DNA of 64,000 nt, from positions 20,086 through 84,085 of IMG/VR virus record IMGVR_UViG_3300028400_000003, one strand, 5' to 3'. Under the pieces are notes generated by a model. The model ran no database searches. It was not told the DNA's origin and saw nothing but the letters and a program-made list of their open reading frames with translations. Below are positions 15,358 to 25,590 of this stretch, piece by piece (the stretch's first letter is position 1; the number at the start of each line of letters is the position of its first letter). Both the position numbers and the translations under genes were made by a program. This DNA is from a virus.

Positions 15358-15997
15358 GAATATCGAGGTCTGGCCGCTGGACAAGATCAAGCCGTACTGG
15401 AGGAACCCGCGTAAGATTGACCGCAAGGCCATCGAGGCCGTTAAGGCCTCCATTGCTGAATACGGTTATGTACAGCCGATTGTTGTTGACGCCGAGGGGA
15501 TTATAGTTATTGGACACGTTCGTTATAGGGCCTTGCAGGAGTTGAAGGTCAAAGAGGTTCAGGTGATCGTTGCCGATCTTCCAGAAGAAAAAATCAAGTC
15601 GCTTAGGCTCGTTGACAACCGGGTTGGCGAGTTGAGCCGTTGGGATGAAGACAAGCTGTTCCAGGAGCTTGCAGAGCTAGTGGGCGAAGCTACTGAGGTC
15701 ACCGCCTTCTTTCCGGAATTCGACCTTCCAGACGTTGACGCTATTGTGGACACTCTAGGCGACATCGGGGCCGATCTTGTACAAGCGCAAGAGGGCGAAA
15801 GCGCCGGCTCCGACGATGACCCGTACTCCGTTAGCAACGCCGATATCGTCAACGCCGAGGTGAAGCTGGAAACCGCCCCGGCTTCACAGAAACCGGCCGA
15901 TCACACCGTACAGGTCACATGCCCGCATTGCGGCGAGGAGTTCGGGGTTGACGTGAAGCGTCTGATGCTCATCCTCGAGTCCCAGAAGCAGCGCTAG
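15335..15997 (+). CDS. ParB N-terminal domain protein with C-terminal CPHC
   Basis: PYWRNPR; QPIVVD; GHVR; LVDNR. Confidence 0.85.
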   Translation: MGKRAVAENIEVWPLDKIKPYWRNPRKIDRKAIEAVKASIAEYGYVQPIVVDAEGIIVIGHVRYRALQELKVKEVQVIVADLPEEKIKSLRLVDNRVGELSRWDEDKLFQELAELVGEATEVTAFFPEFDLPDVDAIVDTLGDIGADLVQAQEGESAGSDDDPYSVSNADIVNAEVKLETAPASQKPADHTVQVTCPHCGEEFGVDVKRLMLILESQKQR

Positions 15998-16009
15998 CCT
16001 CAAGCATTG

Positions 16010-16040
16010 GGCGGGTGGTTAATGGCCGCCCGCCTTTATT
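16010..16040 (+). terminator. intrinsic terminator before terS
   Basis: GGCGGGTGGTT-AAT-GGCCGCCCGCC followed by TTTATT. Confidence 0.65.
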
Positions 16041-16056
16041 GTTGTAATATACAGGT

Positions 16057-16590
16057 ATGACGAGAAAGGGCGGGAAGCCTAGGAAGAAAGCCAAGGACTC
16101 GCTTGATCCACAGGCACGTGAGGGCATACGCCTGGAGTACGTAACGCGCAACGCGAGCCTGAGCAGCCTGGCCAACCGTCACAACGTACCCCTGGAAGAG
16201 CTACGGAGCATAGCCGATGAAGAGGGCTGGCACGGTCAGCGTGATGAGTATTGGCGCGGGGTGTACACGGACGTCATTCACGCTACTCGCGCGGCTACGG
16301 CCAACCTAATGGCCGGTACGGTTAGCTCCGCCGATAGGTTGGTGCGTTGGGCCAAGGAGCAGATGGCGGTCAACGAAAAGACGGGCGAGGTCAGAATTGG
16401 CCCTGACCAAGTAATTGATATCGCCAGGGCGATCAGGGTCTCCCTTGACGTGCTCAAGTTTACACTTGGAGAGCCTGACAGCCTGGTAGTTTCCACAGGG
16501 GTTGAACCGGCGGTAAAAAGTTACGTCATGGAGGAGGCGGCTCGCGCGTTGAAGGACATTATCGGCGAAGACGACGGTGACGATGAATGA
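16057..16590 (+). CDS. terminase small subunit (putative)
   Basis: N-terminal HTH; directly upstream of TerL. Confidence 0.65.
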   Translation: MTRKGGKPRKKAKDSLDPQAREGIRLEYVTRNASLSSLANRHNVPLEELRSIADEEGWHGQRDEYWRGVYTDVIHATRAATANLMAGTVSSADRLVRWAKEQMAVNEKTGEVRIGPDQVIDIARAIRVSLDVLKFTLGEPDSLVVSTGVEPAVKSYVMEEAARALKDIIGEDDGDDE

Positions 16591-18122
16591 AGTGGTTCCT
16601 GGAAGAGCTAGCCCGCAGGGGCGACGTATCCCTAGACAAGATCGCCGAAGCCCTGGAAAACCCGCACAAGGTCGAGGAGCTTGTGCGGCTGGCCAGTCAC
16701 TTCGACGCCGTGGCGTTCGGGTTGCGCTTCCTACCTCACCATTTTCGTTCTCCGCCAGCGCCCTTTCATTACGTTATCAGTGAACGATTGGCGAAGCGTG
16801 ACTACTATGCCGTAGCCGCGCCGCGCGGTCATGCTAAGTCAACGCTGGTAGGTCTAGCCCATCCGCTGCTTGAAGCGGCTTCGGGGCGGGCGAAGTTTAT
16901 CTTGCTCATCGGGGCTGATGCCGGGGCGGCAGAGGACCGCCTTGAGGATGTGCTTAACGAGTTGGCCGATAACGACGCATTGCTCGATGAATTCCCACAC
17001 CTGCGGCCGCCTGATCCCGGCGAGTTGAAAAAATGGGCCAAGGCGCGAAAGAAGTTTAAGCAAAGGCGCTCCGACTTTGTGTCCGTAGGCGGCATCCGCT
17101 TTTCTGCAAGGGGTGCGGGCCAGGCGCTACGTGGCATGAAGCAGGGAGCGCAGCGGCCCGATCTGATTATCCTCGATGACGTTGACACGGATCAGCGCTG
17201 CGACAGCCCCCGCCAGCTGGTCAAGCTAGCCCGGTGGTTTGATACGGTGATCATGAACCTGGAAGGGGTCGAGCGGGCACGTATTCGTATTGCGGGAACA
17301 AAATTGTGCCACCGGGCGTTGATATCGCAGCTGGTTGAAAGGTGGCACGGGGACACGTTCAAGGCCATTGTTGACGAGGAGCGAGGCAAAACGTTATGGC
17401 CTGCGGTATGGCCGTATGAGCGCCTGATCGAGAAACGGGATGGCGGCTATGATGATGATGGTTCATGGGTCCAGGGTATCGGTCCGCGCCGTTTTGCACG
17501 GGAATATCAGAACGACCCCGCGTCCGAAGATGAGACGTTTTTGACGGAAGAACAGGTAACGTTTGTGGCCACGCCGCCACCTGGCTATCCCAAGTCTGGA
17601 TACTACACAGCAGGGCTTGACCTGGCAGTAGGTATGAGTGAAAAATCATCACAGAATGCGATAGTCCTAATGTGGCACAGCCCGGCAAACGTTACCTACA
17701 TCATTGCCGCTGAAAGATGGCGCGGTGTGGCGGGACTCGAGGACCGGGTGCGTCGCTTCATCGAGGAGAACGCCCTGCAAACACCACGGTTGATTGCCGT
17801 CGAGGCCGTACAGTATCAGATGAAAGCCGTACTCGATCTTACCAGCGCCATGCCCTACCGTTTCGTTCCCGTGCATCCGGACCGCAGCAAATCGGCGCGG
17901 TTTGCGCTCATAGCGGACCGCTTCGTCAACGGCCAGATCACGATGCTCAACGGCCTTCCCACCTGGTTCAAGGAGGAGCTGTTTTCGTTCCCTATTGGAA
18001 CCTTCACCTGGGACGGCATAGACGCTACGGTATACGCCTATCTAGCTAAGTTTGAAAAGGGGAGGAGCAAGAGGATGTCAACGGCCATACTGCAACCTAG
18101 CGGAGGGGGTGACTGGCAGTGA
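16587..18122 (+). CDS. terL: terminase large subunit
   Basis: APRGHAKST; RPDLIILDD; EYQNDP; GLDLA; DGIDA. Confidence 0.92.
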   Translation: MKWFLEELARRGDVSLDKIAEALENPHKVEELVRLASHFDAVAFGLRFLPHHFRSPPAPFHYVISERLAKRDYYAVAAPRGHAKSTLVGLAHPLLEAASGRAKFILLIGADAGAAEDRLEDVLNELADNDALLDEFPHLRPPDPGELKKWAKARKKFKQRRSDFVSVGGIRFSARGAGQALRGMKQGAQRPDLIILDDVDTDQRCDSPRQLVKLARWFDTVIMNLEGVERARIRIAGTKLCHRALISQLVERWHGDTFKAIVDEERGKTLWPAVWPYERLIEKRDGGYDDDGSWVQGIGPRRFAREYQNDPASEDETFLTEEQVTFVATPPPGYPKSGYYTAGLDLAVGMSEKSSQNAIVLMWHSPANVTYIIAAERWRGVAGLEDRVRRFIEENALQTPRLIAVEAVQYQMKAVLDLTSAMPYRFVPVHPDRSKSARFALIADRFVNGQITMLNGLPTWFKEELFSFPIGTFTWDGIDATVYAYLAKFEKGRSKRMSTAILQPSGGGDWQ

Positions 18123-19483
18123 GGATAAGGGAGGGCATTACGATACCGCAGCCCCTTGGCGAGTCAACCCTAGACTCCGTTGGGTTTACCGTCTACCGTG
18201 GAACGCTCACGCAGAACACCATGACGCTCGCCCAAAACATGCTGCAAGCGTACAAGGCTGGCAGCACGATCAGCCGGGTGGTCAACCAGATCGTTGAGCA
18301 GGTCATGGCCGATGGCAATATTGCGCCGGCCATCCAGGCACCCGAAAAGATCAGTGAACCCTTGCAGGGGTGGTGGAATAGCGAGAGCATCACGCACCTG
18401 CTACGCCAGTCGTTCAAGGAATACCTGTTAAGCGGTGAGGTGTGGTTGTACGTGCCTCGCCGAAACAAGAAGGAAGGTGTCAAGGTCTACACGCTGGTTC
18501 CGTGGTATATCAACACCGTTGAGGGCACCAGCGCTCGGGCATGGAGCAAGGCGAGTTACGTCAACGCCAAGACCGGCGAAAACTATCCGCTCACCCCTGA
18601 AAACACCGTTTTCGTTGCGCACGATGCCCTGTTCGGCGAGTTGCGCGGCATCACCCCGTTCGCCTCACTCTACTTCGCCACGCAGACGTATGAGGACTGG
18701 TTGCAAGGCCGCATCAGGATTAACCGGCTATCGGGCAACATTATCGGCAAGATGCATTTCCCGGACCTTGAAAGCGCCGCGTCGAGCCTACTCAACGCGC
18801 GGGTGGTGCATGATCCCGATGGAGACTACCTTGAGGTAGATGGCCCGGTGGAAATACCTAAGCCGGGCACGATGGCCGTATTGATCGGCGAGGGCTCGGA
18901 CTTTCAACTGGTGACGCCCAACGTCGGCGCTTCGACGGCTAAGGACGACGGTGAAGCCATATGGCGTATGGTGATTGAGGCCACCCGCCTGCCTGAGTTT
19001 TTGTCTGGTTGGGGTAGGGGCGTTAACGTGGCCACCGCACGGGTACAGTACCCGTTCGCCGTTCGCATGATGCTGGCCCTCCGGGATGAGTTTGACGATG
19101 CCATCCAGATGATGGTGCGACTGGTGCTACAACGCTTTGCGCAAAACCGCATCATACCCCCGACGTGGCGCGATGATAACGGCAACGAGTGGACCCCGGC
19201 CACGGTTCCAGTGCACATTAGCTGGCCCGAGGTTCGCGAGCTTGACTTCGACGCTATCAGCCGCACGGTGCTGGAGCTGCTAAAGCTTCAGGTGATTGAT
19301 CCTTCGGCCGGGTTGTACATGCTCGGGTGGAGCAAGGACGAGCTAGAGCAGATCGCAATGGCGAACGAGGCCGTAGGCGGCGCAACCGATCCCAGCAAGA
19401 TAGCCCAAACGATACAGGAGGCGCTAAATGCCTGGCTTGAGCAAAAGCTTAACGAAGGGGCACCTGATACTAGCGCTGACTGA
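18119..19483 (+). CDS. portal protein
   Basis: Position after TerL; size; LLSGEV, RGITPF and NVATA motifs. Confidence 0.8.
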   Translation: MRIREGITIPQPLGESTLDSVGFTVYRGTLTQNTMTLAQNMLQAYKAGSTISRVVNQIVEQVMADGNIAPAIQAPEKISEPLQGWWNSESITHLLRQSFKEYLLSGEVWLYVPRRNKKEGVKVYTLVPWYINTVEGTSARAWSKASYVNAKTGENYPLTPENTVFVAHDALFGELRGITPFASLYFATQTYEDWLQGRIRINRLSGNIIGKMHFPDLESAASSLLNARVVHDPDGDYLEVDGPVEIPKPGTMAVLIGEGSDFQLVTPNVGASTAKDDGEAIWRMVIEATRLPEFLSGWGRGVNVATARVQYPFAVRMMLALRDEFDDAIQMMVRLVLQRFAQNRIIPPTWRDDNGNEWTPATVPVHISWPEVRELDFDAISRTVLELLKLQVIDPSAGLYMLGWSKDELEQIAMANEAVGGATDPSKIAQTIQEALNAWLEQKLNEGAPDTSAD

Positions 19484-20273
19484 ACGCAGACCGCCGCCGC
19501 GAAAGGTGGCCAAGGAGCACAAGCGGGTTCGTGAGGTCTATGACCGGACGGCTGAGCGGTTTGTTGGGGTTTACGAGCGCCAAGCCTACCCTACGATCCT
19601 CGACTACATTGCGCGGGGGTATACGGATGACGCCCTGCTTCAGTCGCTTGCTGTTAGCCTCATGACAGACTGGCCAGCCGAACGGCTGGCCGCCCTGGAT
19701 GACTTCACTAAGGTTTTCCTCAGTAACCTGCTTTACGGGTACAACTACGGGGCGCAAATTCAGTACCGCGCGATTGGGGGCAAGGGTAAGTTTGAACTAA
19801 AGAACCTTGCCGAGCTTGAGCGCCTGGAACGGCGGGCCGTTTCCATGTCCAGGTACGCCGTCGTTCGCACGCTTGAGCGCAAGCTATTCATGTGGACCAC
19901 ATCGGGGGTACTGGCCGGTTACAAACCCTCAGAGGTCCCCATGAATTACGGCTACTTGGTTGACGTGAGTCATAAGGTTGGGATACTCGGAGGCTACAAC
20001 GAAGGGCGTAGCCGGGTGGTTAAGAAGTCTTGGAAAGGGGGTGAGATGCAGAAAACATGGGCACACGCCGGGGCCGATCTTAAGAGGCGGGATAGCCACG
20101 TGGCCGTCGAGGGCATGACCATTGGCCTCGAAGAGCTTTTCCCAGTGGCCAACGGGGTGAAATACCCGCACGACTGGGAGAATGCGGGGTGTGACGAGTG
20201 GTGCAACTGCCACTGCTATGTTGAGTACGTTCCTGGCCGCAACGCTACCGTTGAGCCGTGGAATGGAGAATAG
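19428..20273 (+). CDS. head morphogenesis protein (MuF/SPP1 gp7-like)
   Basis: KTW...RDSH...YP...NCHC; start position uncertain. Confidence 0.75.
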   Translation: MPGLSKSLTKGHLILALTERRPPPRKVAKEHKRVREVYDRTAERFVGVYERQAYPTILDYIARGYTDDALLQSLAVSLMTDWPAERLAALDDFTKVFLSNLLYGYNYGAQIQYRAIGGKGKFELKNLAELERLERRAVSMSRYAVVRTLERKLFMWTTSGVLAGYKPSEVPMNYGYLVDVSHKVGILGGYNEGRSRVVKKSWKGGEMQKTWAHAGADLKRRDSHVAVEGMTIGLEELFPVANGVKYPHDWENAGCDEWCNCHCYVEYVPGRNATVEPWNGE

Positions 20274-20285
20274 GGGGTTAGTAAT

Positions 20286-21935
20286 GTGAGCAAGGGAAGA
20301 ATCTTGAAGGAGCAGGCTATCGGCTACGTCCTGCTAGAGCAGGAGGGCAACGGTAGCCCGGTGGCCAAAGTTACCCTAATCAAGGCGGGGCTTTCCCTGA
20401 ACAATGTGAATTACCCGCCTGACGTGCTGGCCGCAGCCGCTCACCTGTACAACGACAAGCCTTGCATGCTGGATCATAGCTGGTCACCAAGCGTGCGTGA
20501 CATTGCGGGTTGGTTCCGAAATGCCCGCTGGAACGCACAGGATCAGGCCATCGAGGCCGATCTGTACCTGCTCGACACGCAGGCGGGGCGGGTGCTGCTT
20601 GAGCTTGCGCGTGAGGAGCAGCGGCTTCGTGCTGAGGGTAACATTGGCGAAGGCAGCCGGTTGTTCGGGCTCAGTCACCAGGTCTTTGGCGACGTGGAGG
20701 TTGTAACGGACGAGGGCGGTAACGAGTACGTAAACGTCCGTGAGATCACTGAGGTTATGAGCGTTGACGCCGTGGCCTTCCCCGCCGCCAATGGCGAGGT
20801 TAAGGAGTTGCACGAAAGCGCCGATAACCCCGAAAAGACCTGCATGAGCGCCGAACAGTTTGGCCGAGTCCTAGAGGAAGCCATGAAGCGAGCTACCGAA
20901 GGTGGGGATCGGCTTGCCGAACGCGCCACCCGGTTCCGTGACCTGCCGCTTGCCGAACGCGCCCGCCCCTGGAACGGAGCGGCAGCCCGTCAGCGTCTCC
21001 GCAAATGGGCGAGTGAAGACGGCTCGGGTAACACGGATACGATTGACTGGCGCAAGTACCGTTGGGGCTTCTTCTGGTATGACCATACCGATCCCGAGAG
21101 GCTTGGCAGCTACAAACTGCCTTTTGCTGACGTGCTCGGGGGCACGATCCGCGCTATTCCACGGGGCATCTTCGCCGCTGCCGGGGTAGTGAGCGGGGCG
21201 AGGGGCGGCCCCGACATACCGGAAGAAGACATGGCGGGCGTCAAGCGCCACATTTCGGCCTACTACCGCAAGATGCGGGACGAGTGGGACGACCCCAACC
21301 TGATGCCGCCGTGGGAGCGCGAAGAGTCGAGGCCAACCGATGAAGAGGCTGCGGCCTTTATCGAGGCCTTTGGGCTCGATGCGTTCGTTGAAACCTTCGG
21401 CTACTCTCCCAGCACTAGCGGGGGTGAAGCAATCGAGGAGCAGCACGATGAGAGTAAGGAGGAAGAAGCCATGAGTGAAGCCAACAAGAATCCGGAAGCA
21501 AAGACACCTGAAACCGCGCCGATGCCTGACGAAAAAGGTATCCGCGAGCAGGTGGCCGAGGAGTTCGCCGAAAAGCTTCGGGGGCTCGTTGAGGAGAACA
21601 AGCAGCTTCAGGAAGAGGTCGAGGCCCTGAAGGAGCAGATCAAGGCCTTCGAGGAGGAGAAGGCGGCGGCCGAACGCGCGGCCAAGCTCGAAGAGATGTT
21701 CCTGGCGGCCGGGATCGAGGGGGCCGCTCGCGAGGTGCTTGAGGGCGTCGTGAGCGACCTTCCGCTTGAAAAGGCCGAAAAGGTCATTAAGCTGGCCGCT
21801 GGAACCGAGCCCAAGGAAGCTGACCCCGCGCCCAAGAAGCGGGTTCAGGAGGGCACGGAAGAGGCGAGCCCAACCGACCTTGGACGCAAATACGCTGAGC
21901 AGGTCTTCGGCCTCAAGGTCGAGGAAGCAAACTAA
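20286..21935 (+). CDS. prohead protease with an inserted domain and C-terminal scaffold
   Basis: GLSLNNVNY, DH, GLS, SVDAVAFPAANG; acidic coiled-coil C-terminus. Confidence 0.8.
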   Translation: MSKGRILKEQAIGYVLLEQEGNGSPVAKVTLIKAGLSLNNVNYPPDVLAAAAHLYNDKPCMLDHSWSPSVRDIAGWFRNARWNAQDQAIEADLYLLDTQAGRVLLELAREEQRLRAEGNIGEGSRLFGLSHQVFGDVEVVTDEGGNEYVNVREITEVMSVDAVAFPAANGEVKELHESADNPEKTCMSAEQFGRVLEEAMKRATEGGDRLAERATRFRDLPLAERARPWNGAAARQRLRKWASEDGSGNTDTIDWRKYRWGFFWYDHTDPERLGSYKLPFADVLGGTIRAIPRGIFAAAGVVSGARGGPDIPEEDMAGVKRHISAYYRKMRDEWDDPNLMPPWEREESRPTDEEAAAFIEAFGLDAFVETFGYSPSTSGGEAIEEQHDESKEEEAMSEANKNPEAKTPETAPMPDEKGIREQVAEEFAEKLRGLVEENKQLQEEVEALKEQIKAFEEEKAAAERAAKLEEMFLAAGIEGAAREVLEGVVSDLPLEKAEKVIKLAAGTEPKEADPAPKKRVQEGTEEASPTDLGRKYAEQVFGLKVEEAN

Positions 21936-21944
21936 TGGAGGTGA

Positions 21945-22298
21945 ATGAGCATGGCAACCAAGACATACATTAGCGGTCCCGTTGCACACGTTCGCGTCAA
22001 CGTCGGCGCGGCCAGCTACTCGAAGGGTGACTTTTACAAGGCCGGGCGTCTTAGCGGCTTTGTGGTCACGGAACCCGACAGCAGCGGCGATATGATTATC
22101 GCCGTCGAGGGCGTTTTCATCGTGCCCTTCCTTGGCACCAACGCGGTGGTTGCGGGTGACGTGGTTGAGTACAACTCCGGAAGCGCGGCCTTCGAGAAAC
22201 CCGCCACCCCTACCGCCGCAGACGCCATTGTGCTTGAGGACCACGCAGCGGCCAATGGAACCCTCAAGGTTCTGCTTGTTCCCGGACTGAAGCTCTAG
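21945..22298 (+). CDS. head decoration/cement protein (DUF2190-like)
   Basis: Size, EGVF motif and position between scaffold and capsid genes. Confidence 0.7.
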   Translation: MSMATKTYISGPVAHVRVNVGAASYSKGDFYKAGRLSGFVVTEPDSSGDMIIAVEGVFIVPFLGTNAVVAGDVVEYNSGSAAFEKPATPTAADAIVLEDHAAANGTLKVLLVPGLKL

Positions 22299-22322
22299 GT
22301 TGAGTGAGAGGAGAGTAACGAC

Positions 22323-23252
22323 ATGAAAAACATTACAAGCCTGCGAGAAATGGCAACCCTGGCCGATGCCCCGGTTGCCCTGGGTACCGCCGTCAACCTG
22401 CTTGTGCTTGACGCTTATCAGCGTGCCTCGCATGACTGGCAGAAGTACACCAAGATTGACACAGTTCCCAACTTTAACGACGTGAAGCGCGTCATCGTGG
22501 ACACCGGCGATGATGACCTGGAAAAGGTGCTTGAGGGTGAATATTACCCCGAGATGGGCATCACGGAGACAACCAACACCTGGCGCGTGGTCAAGTGGGG
22601 TCGTCTCCTAAAGGTCACCTACGAGATGATCGTCAACGATGACAACCGTAAGCTGCGTGACCTTGCGGCCGGTGTTGGGCGGCTTGCCGCTATCGCGGAA
22701 AGCAAGCTGGTGACCAGTCAGTACAGCGGCCTTTCCGTTAGCACGGGCTATGACGGTAACCCGCTTTCGGGCACGATGGACACCACGCTGATGGATAAGG
22801 CGATGGCGACTTACGCCCAGCTTACGGACAGCAACGGTAACGCGCTTGAAATCGCGCCTGCCTACGTGGTCACCCCGCCCGCCTACCGCTCGTTCCTGGA
22901 GAGCTACTTCCGCCCCAGCACCGCGCTCGACTTCAACCCATACGCCGGGGCCGCTGAGGTGGTTGAAAACCGCTACCTGACCGGCAACAAAATCTTCATC
23001 TTCCCCAACCCCAACGACTTCCCCGCGCTGGAACTTGACTACCTGAAGGTGCCCGCTGATCCGCGTGAAGACTACAGCCGTGGCCCCCGCGTGCTCGTTG
23101 ACCAGGCCAGCAGCGCCGCCGCTGTGCTGCCCGGTGACGTTGGCACTTCGGGTGACGGCTTCCGTTACGACAGCATCTCTTACAAGGTCCGCCACGTGTT
23201 CGGCGCTGGTGTCGTTGAGTCCAACGCCATCCTCGTTGTTGAGTTTGTCTAA
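22323..23252 (+). CDS. major capsid protein (Mu gpT-like)
   Basis: EGEYY; KWGRLLKVTYEMIVNDD; YKVRHVFGAG. Confidence 0.85.
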   Translation: MKNITSLREMATLADAPVALGTAVNLLVLDAYQRASHDWQKYTKIDTVPNFNDVKRVIVDTGDDDLEKVLEGEYYPEMGITETTNTWRVVKWGRLLKVTYEMIVNDDNRKLRDLAAGVGRLAAIAESKLVTSQYSGLSVSTGYDGNPLSGTMDTTLMDKAMATYAQLTDSNGNALEIAPAYVVTPPAYRSFLESYFRPSTALDFNPYAGAAEVVENRYLTGNKIFIFPNPNDFPALELDYLKVPADPREDYSRGPRVLVDQASSAAAVLPGDVGTSGDGFRYDSISYKVRHVFGAGVVESNAILVVEFV

Positions 23253-23272
23253 TGATCCATTAGAATAGGGCT

Positions 23273-23740
23273 ATGGACTTCAAGGAAGCCTACAGCCGGT
23301 TCAGGTCATTTGACACCAAACGGCGCGTCACGGTACGCGAGCACCTGTTTGATTACATCACGGAGGTGCTCGCGTACTATGGCGGCGTTGAGGAGGCGCG
23401 GCCACCTTCGGATGAAGCGCTTGAGCAGGTGCACGCTGAGCTAAACCGTCGGACTTTCGATAGCCTGCAAAAGTCGCGTGACGAAATCACCCTTGCAGGG
23501 CTCCGCAGGGTCAGGGATGACGCCTTGCCACCCGATCTTAAGAACGCCCTCAAGGGCATCGGAATAACGACACCAGGCCATCTGCTCAGCGCCATTCGGG
23601 AGAAGTCGTTACCCGATGACGCGTTCAAGTCGGTCCTGGACTACCTTGGGTTGCAGCGCAAGGGTGGGCGTCCGCGGAAGGCCGGCCAAGAGGGGAAGGA
23701 GGTAGAGGTTGCAGGTAACGCTGGAGGAAATAGCGGCTGA
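23273..23740 (+). CDS. hypothetical protein
   Basis: TAGAAT-N6-ATG leaderless start. Confidence 0.7.
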   Translation: MDFKEAYSRFRSFDTKRRVTVREHLFDYITEVLAYYGGVEEARPPSDEALEQVHAELNRRTFDSLQKSRDEITLAGLRRVRDDALPPDLKNALKGIGITTPGHLLSAIREKSLPDDAFKSVLDYLGLQRKGGRPRKAGQEGKEVEVAGNAGGNSG

Positions 23741-24116
23741 TACCCTACCGGGCGCTGACGGGCCAGCCGGTCCGCTGCCCGCCTCCCCGCTTGGGGTTAA
23801 GCCAGACACGGACGAGTACCGGGAAATCGTTGAGAACGTCAAGCGGCAAATCGAGGCTCACCTGGCCGCGTTTTCCGCCCCAACTACCCTGCTCAAGCTG
23901 GCGCTCATACGATACTACGCGGCACAGGCCGTATTGTCCCGAGCACGCACAGGCAGCGTCAAAGACCCGAGCGGCGCTTCCATCACGCTTAGCGGTAGTG
24001 ACTTAGCTCCCTGGCAGAACATGAAGGAGGAGGCCGCCGCTGAGATCAACCGCTACGTGCCAAGCCGGAGCCGGGGCGGGGTTTACTTCGCCGAAATCGA
24101 AGTCGAGGATGACTGA
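23709..24116 (+). CDS. head-tail adaptor (putative)
   Basis: Position and size; RBS before TTG. Confidence 0.55.
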   Translation: MQVTLEEIAADTLPGADGPAGPLPASPLGVKPDTDEYREIVENVKRQIEAHLAAFSAPTTLLKLALIRYYAAQAVLSRARTGSVKDPSGASITLSGSDLAPWQNMKEEAAAEINRYVPSRSRGGVYFAEIEVEDD

Positions 24117-24118
24117 CC

Positions 24119-24787
24119 ATGCCGTTACCAGATGATCGGTTTGACGAAATGCTGGCGCGTGTAATGAGCGCCCTGCCGCCTAGCACGTTCACCGTTACTC
24201 GTGGTTCAACTACGGAGAGCGTTGAGGGATACCTGCGTGAGCGGGCCTCGAAAAGCGAAAGCGGTATGGGCGAGGTTGGCCGTTCGGCCACCTTCTACAT
24301 TACCAGCGGTTCCCTACAAACCGGTGACCTCCTCGATGGCGCTGACGAAGACTACGTGGCTTACGACACGGCTCCGTCACACGGCTTCGCTTCGGCGTGG
24401 AGGCTGATACGCATTCCTCCCTTTAGCGCCATGCAGACCTACAGCCTCGACTTCGAGGCTCAGGGCACTACATGGAGCACAGACCCCGACACCGGCAACC
24501 GGGTACCCTCGCGCTCAACCCAGACCGTAGAGGCCGTCCTTAAGGCTTCGCGTGATCCTAAGCTGGCCGATGTCCTTGGGGTTAGGCCTGGGGAGGTAGT
24601 GCTTGAGGGCTACTGCGTCAACCCAACGACGCTTCCAAGCGGAGTGAGTGAAGGTTCGGAGGCCACCCTGACCATCGGCGGCGTGGCGGGTACGTTCGTG
24701 CTGGGGCCACGCGTGCCTGACCCGATGACCGCTAAACAGGTCGCGTTCGGCGAGTACCTGGTTGGGAGGTGGTCATGGCAAAGCTAG
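24119..24787 (+). CDS. head closure/neck protein (putative)
   Basis: Position. Confidence 0.5.
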   Translation: MPLPDDRFDEMLARVMSALPPSTFTVTRGSTTESVEGYLRERASKSESGMGEVGRSATFYITSGSLQTGDLLDGADEDYVAYDTAPSHGFASAWRLIRIPPFSAMQTYSLDFEAQGTTWSTDPDTGNRVPSRSTQTVEAVLKASRDPKLADVLGVRPGEVVLEGYCVNPTTLPSGVSEGSEATLTIGGVAGTFVLGPRVPDPMTAKQVAFGEYLVGRWSWQS

Positions 24788-25191
24788 TTTGGCATGGCCC
24801 CAAGTTTAAGGAGGCCATGATACGGGCGTTCATCGAGGCTCAGCCCAAACTGGTGCGTAGGTTCACTGAGGAGGTCAACGCCGATAAGTGGACCTGGCCT
24901 AACCCACCTTCTCCTCGCGATATCGTGGACACCGGCCGTCTGCGTGACAGCCTGAACAACCCCAACCACACTGGACCTAGAACGCCGACGGTGGAGAAAA
25001 CGGGCGACCTGGTTCGGGCCGTGCACACCTGGCACGTTCCTTACGCCGTTTATGTGCATGAAGGGTACACGCTGAGGAGCGGCTTCTTCGGCCCCCCAAG
25101 GCCGTGGACCGAGCCCGCAGTCAAGGGCTTCAAGTGGCGTGAGCACTTGATCGGCGTGCTTCATGAGCAGCTGCGGAGGACAAGCCAATGA
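24775..25191 (+). CDS. HK97 gp10-like tail completion protein
   Basis: VDTGRLRDS; YAVYVHEG; PRPW. Confidence 0.8.
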   Translation: MAKLVWHGPKFKEAMIRAFIEAQPKLVRRFTEEVNADKWTWPNPPSPRDIVDTGRLRDSLNNPNHTGPRTPTVEKTGDLVRAVHTWHVPYAVYVHEGYTLRSGFFGPPRPWTEPAVKGFKWREHLIGVLHEQLRRTSQ

Positions 25192-25577
25192 GTGAAGTGC
25201 TCGATCTACGCCAGGAGCTTGAAACCTTGCTAAGCGACCTGCTTGGAACCTACACCTACCCTGACGGGGCCACAACCCCGGCGATCAACGTAGGCTTCAA
25301 GGTTCCAGAGGGGGTTACCGCTACGGGGCTCGAAGTGGTCATATCGCCTGAGCCGTCGTCGCAACCTATGGCCATGCAGGGTGACAAGGGGGTGTACCGC
25401 GAGTGGTTGGTTGTGCTCAGGCAATGGGATGACGCTGACGTAGACTCCCTGCGGCTGGCGGTGGAGCGCATGATCGCGAGGTGGCCCGAAATGACGGCTC
25501 CGGTTGTGGTTCCGGCCACATACGAAACCCTAGCCCAAGCGAGGGTGAGTGTACCCCAGAGGGTACAGGTGAAGTGA
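25188..25577 (+). CDS. tail terminator (putative)
   Basis: Position before the tail tube gene. Confidence 0.55.
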   Translation: MSEVLDLRQELETLLSDLLGTYTYPDGATTPAINVGFKVPEGVTATGLEVVISPEPSSQPMAMQGDKGVYREWLVVLRQWDDADVDSLRLAVERMIARWPEMTAPVVVPATYETLAQARVSVPQRVQVK

Positions 25578-25590
25578 AAGGAGAACAAGC

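Noticed and set aside
20871-22433. 520-aa minus-strand ORF and other long antisense ORFs
   Set aside because: Shadow frames of GC-rich plus-strand structural genes.
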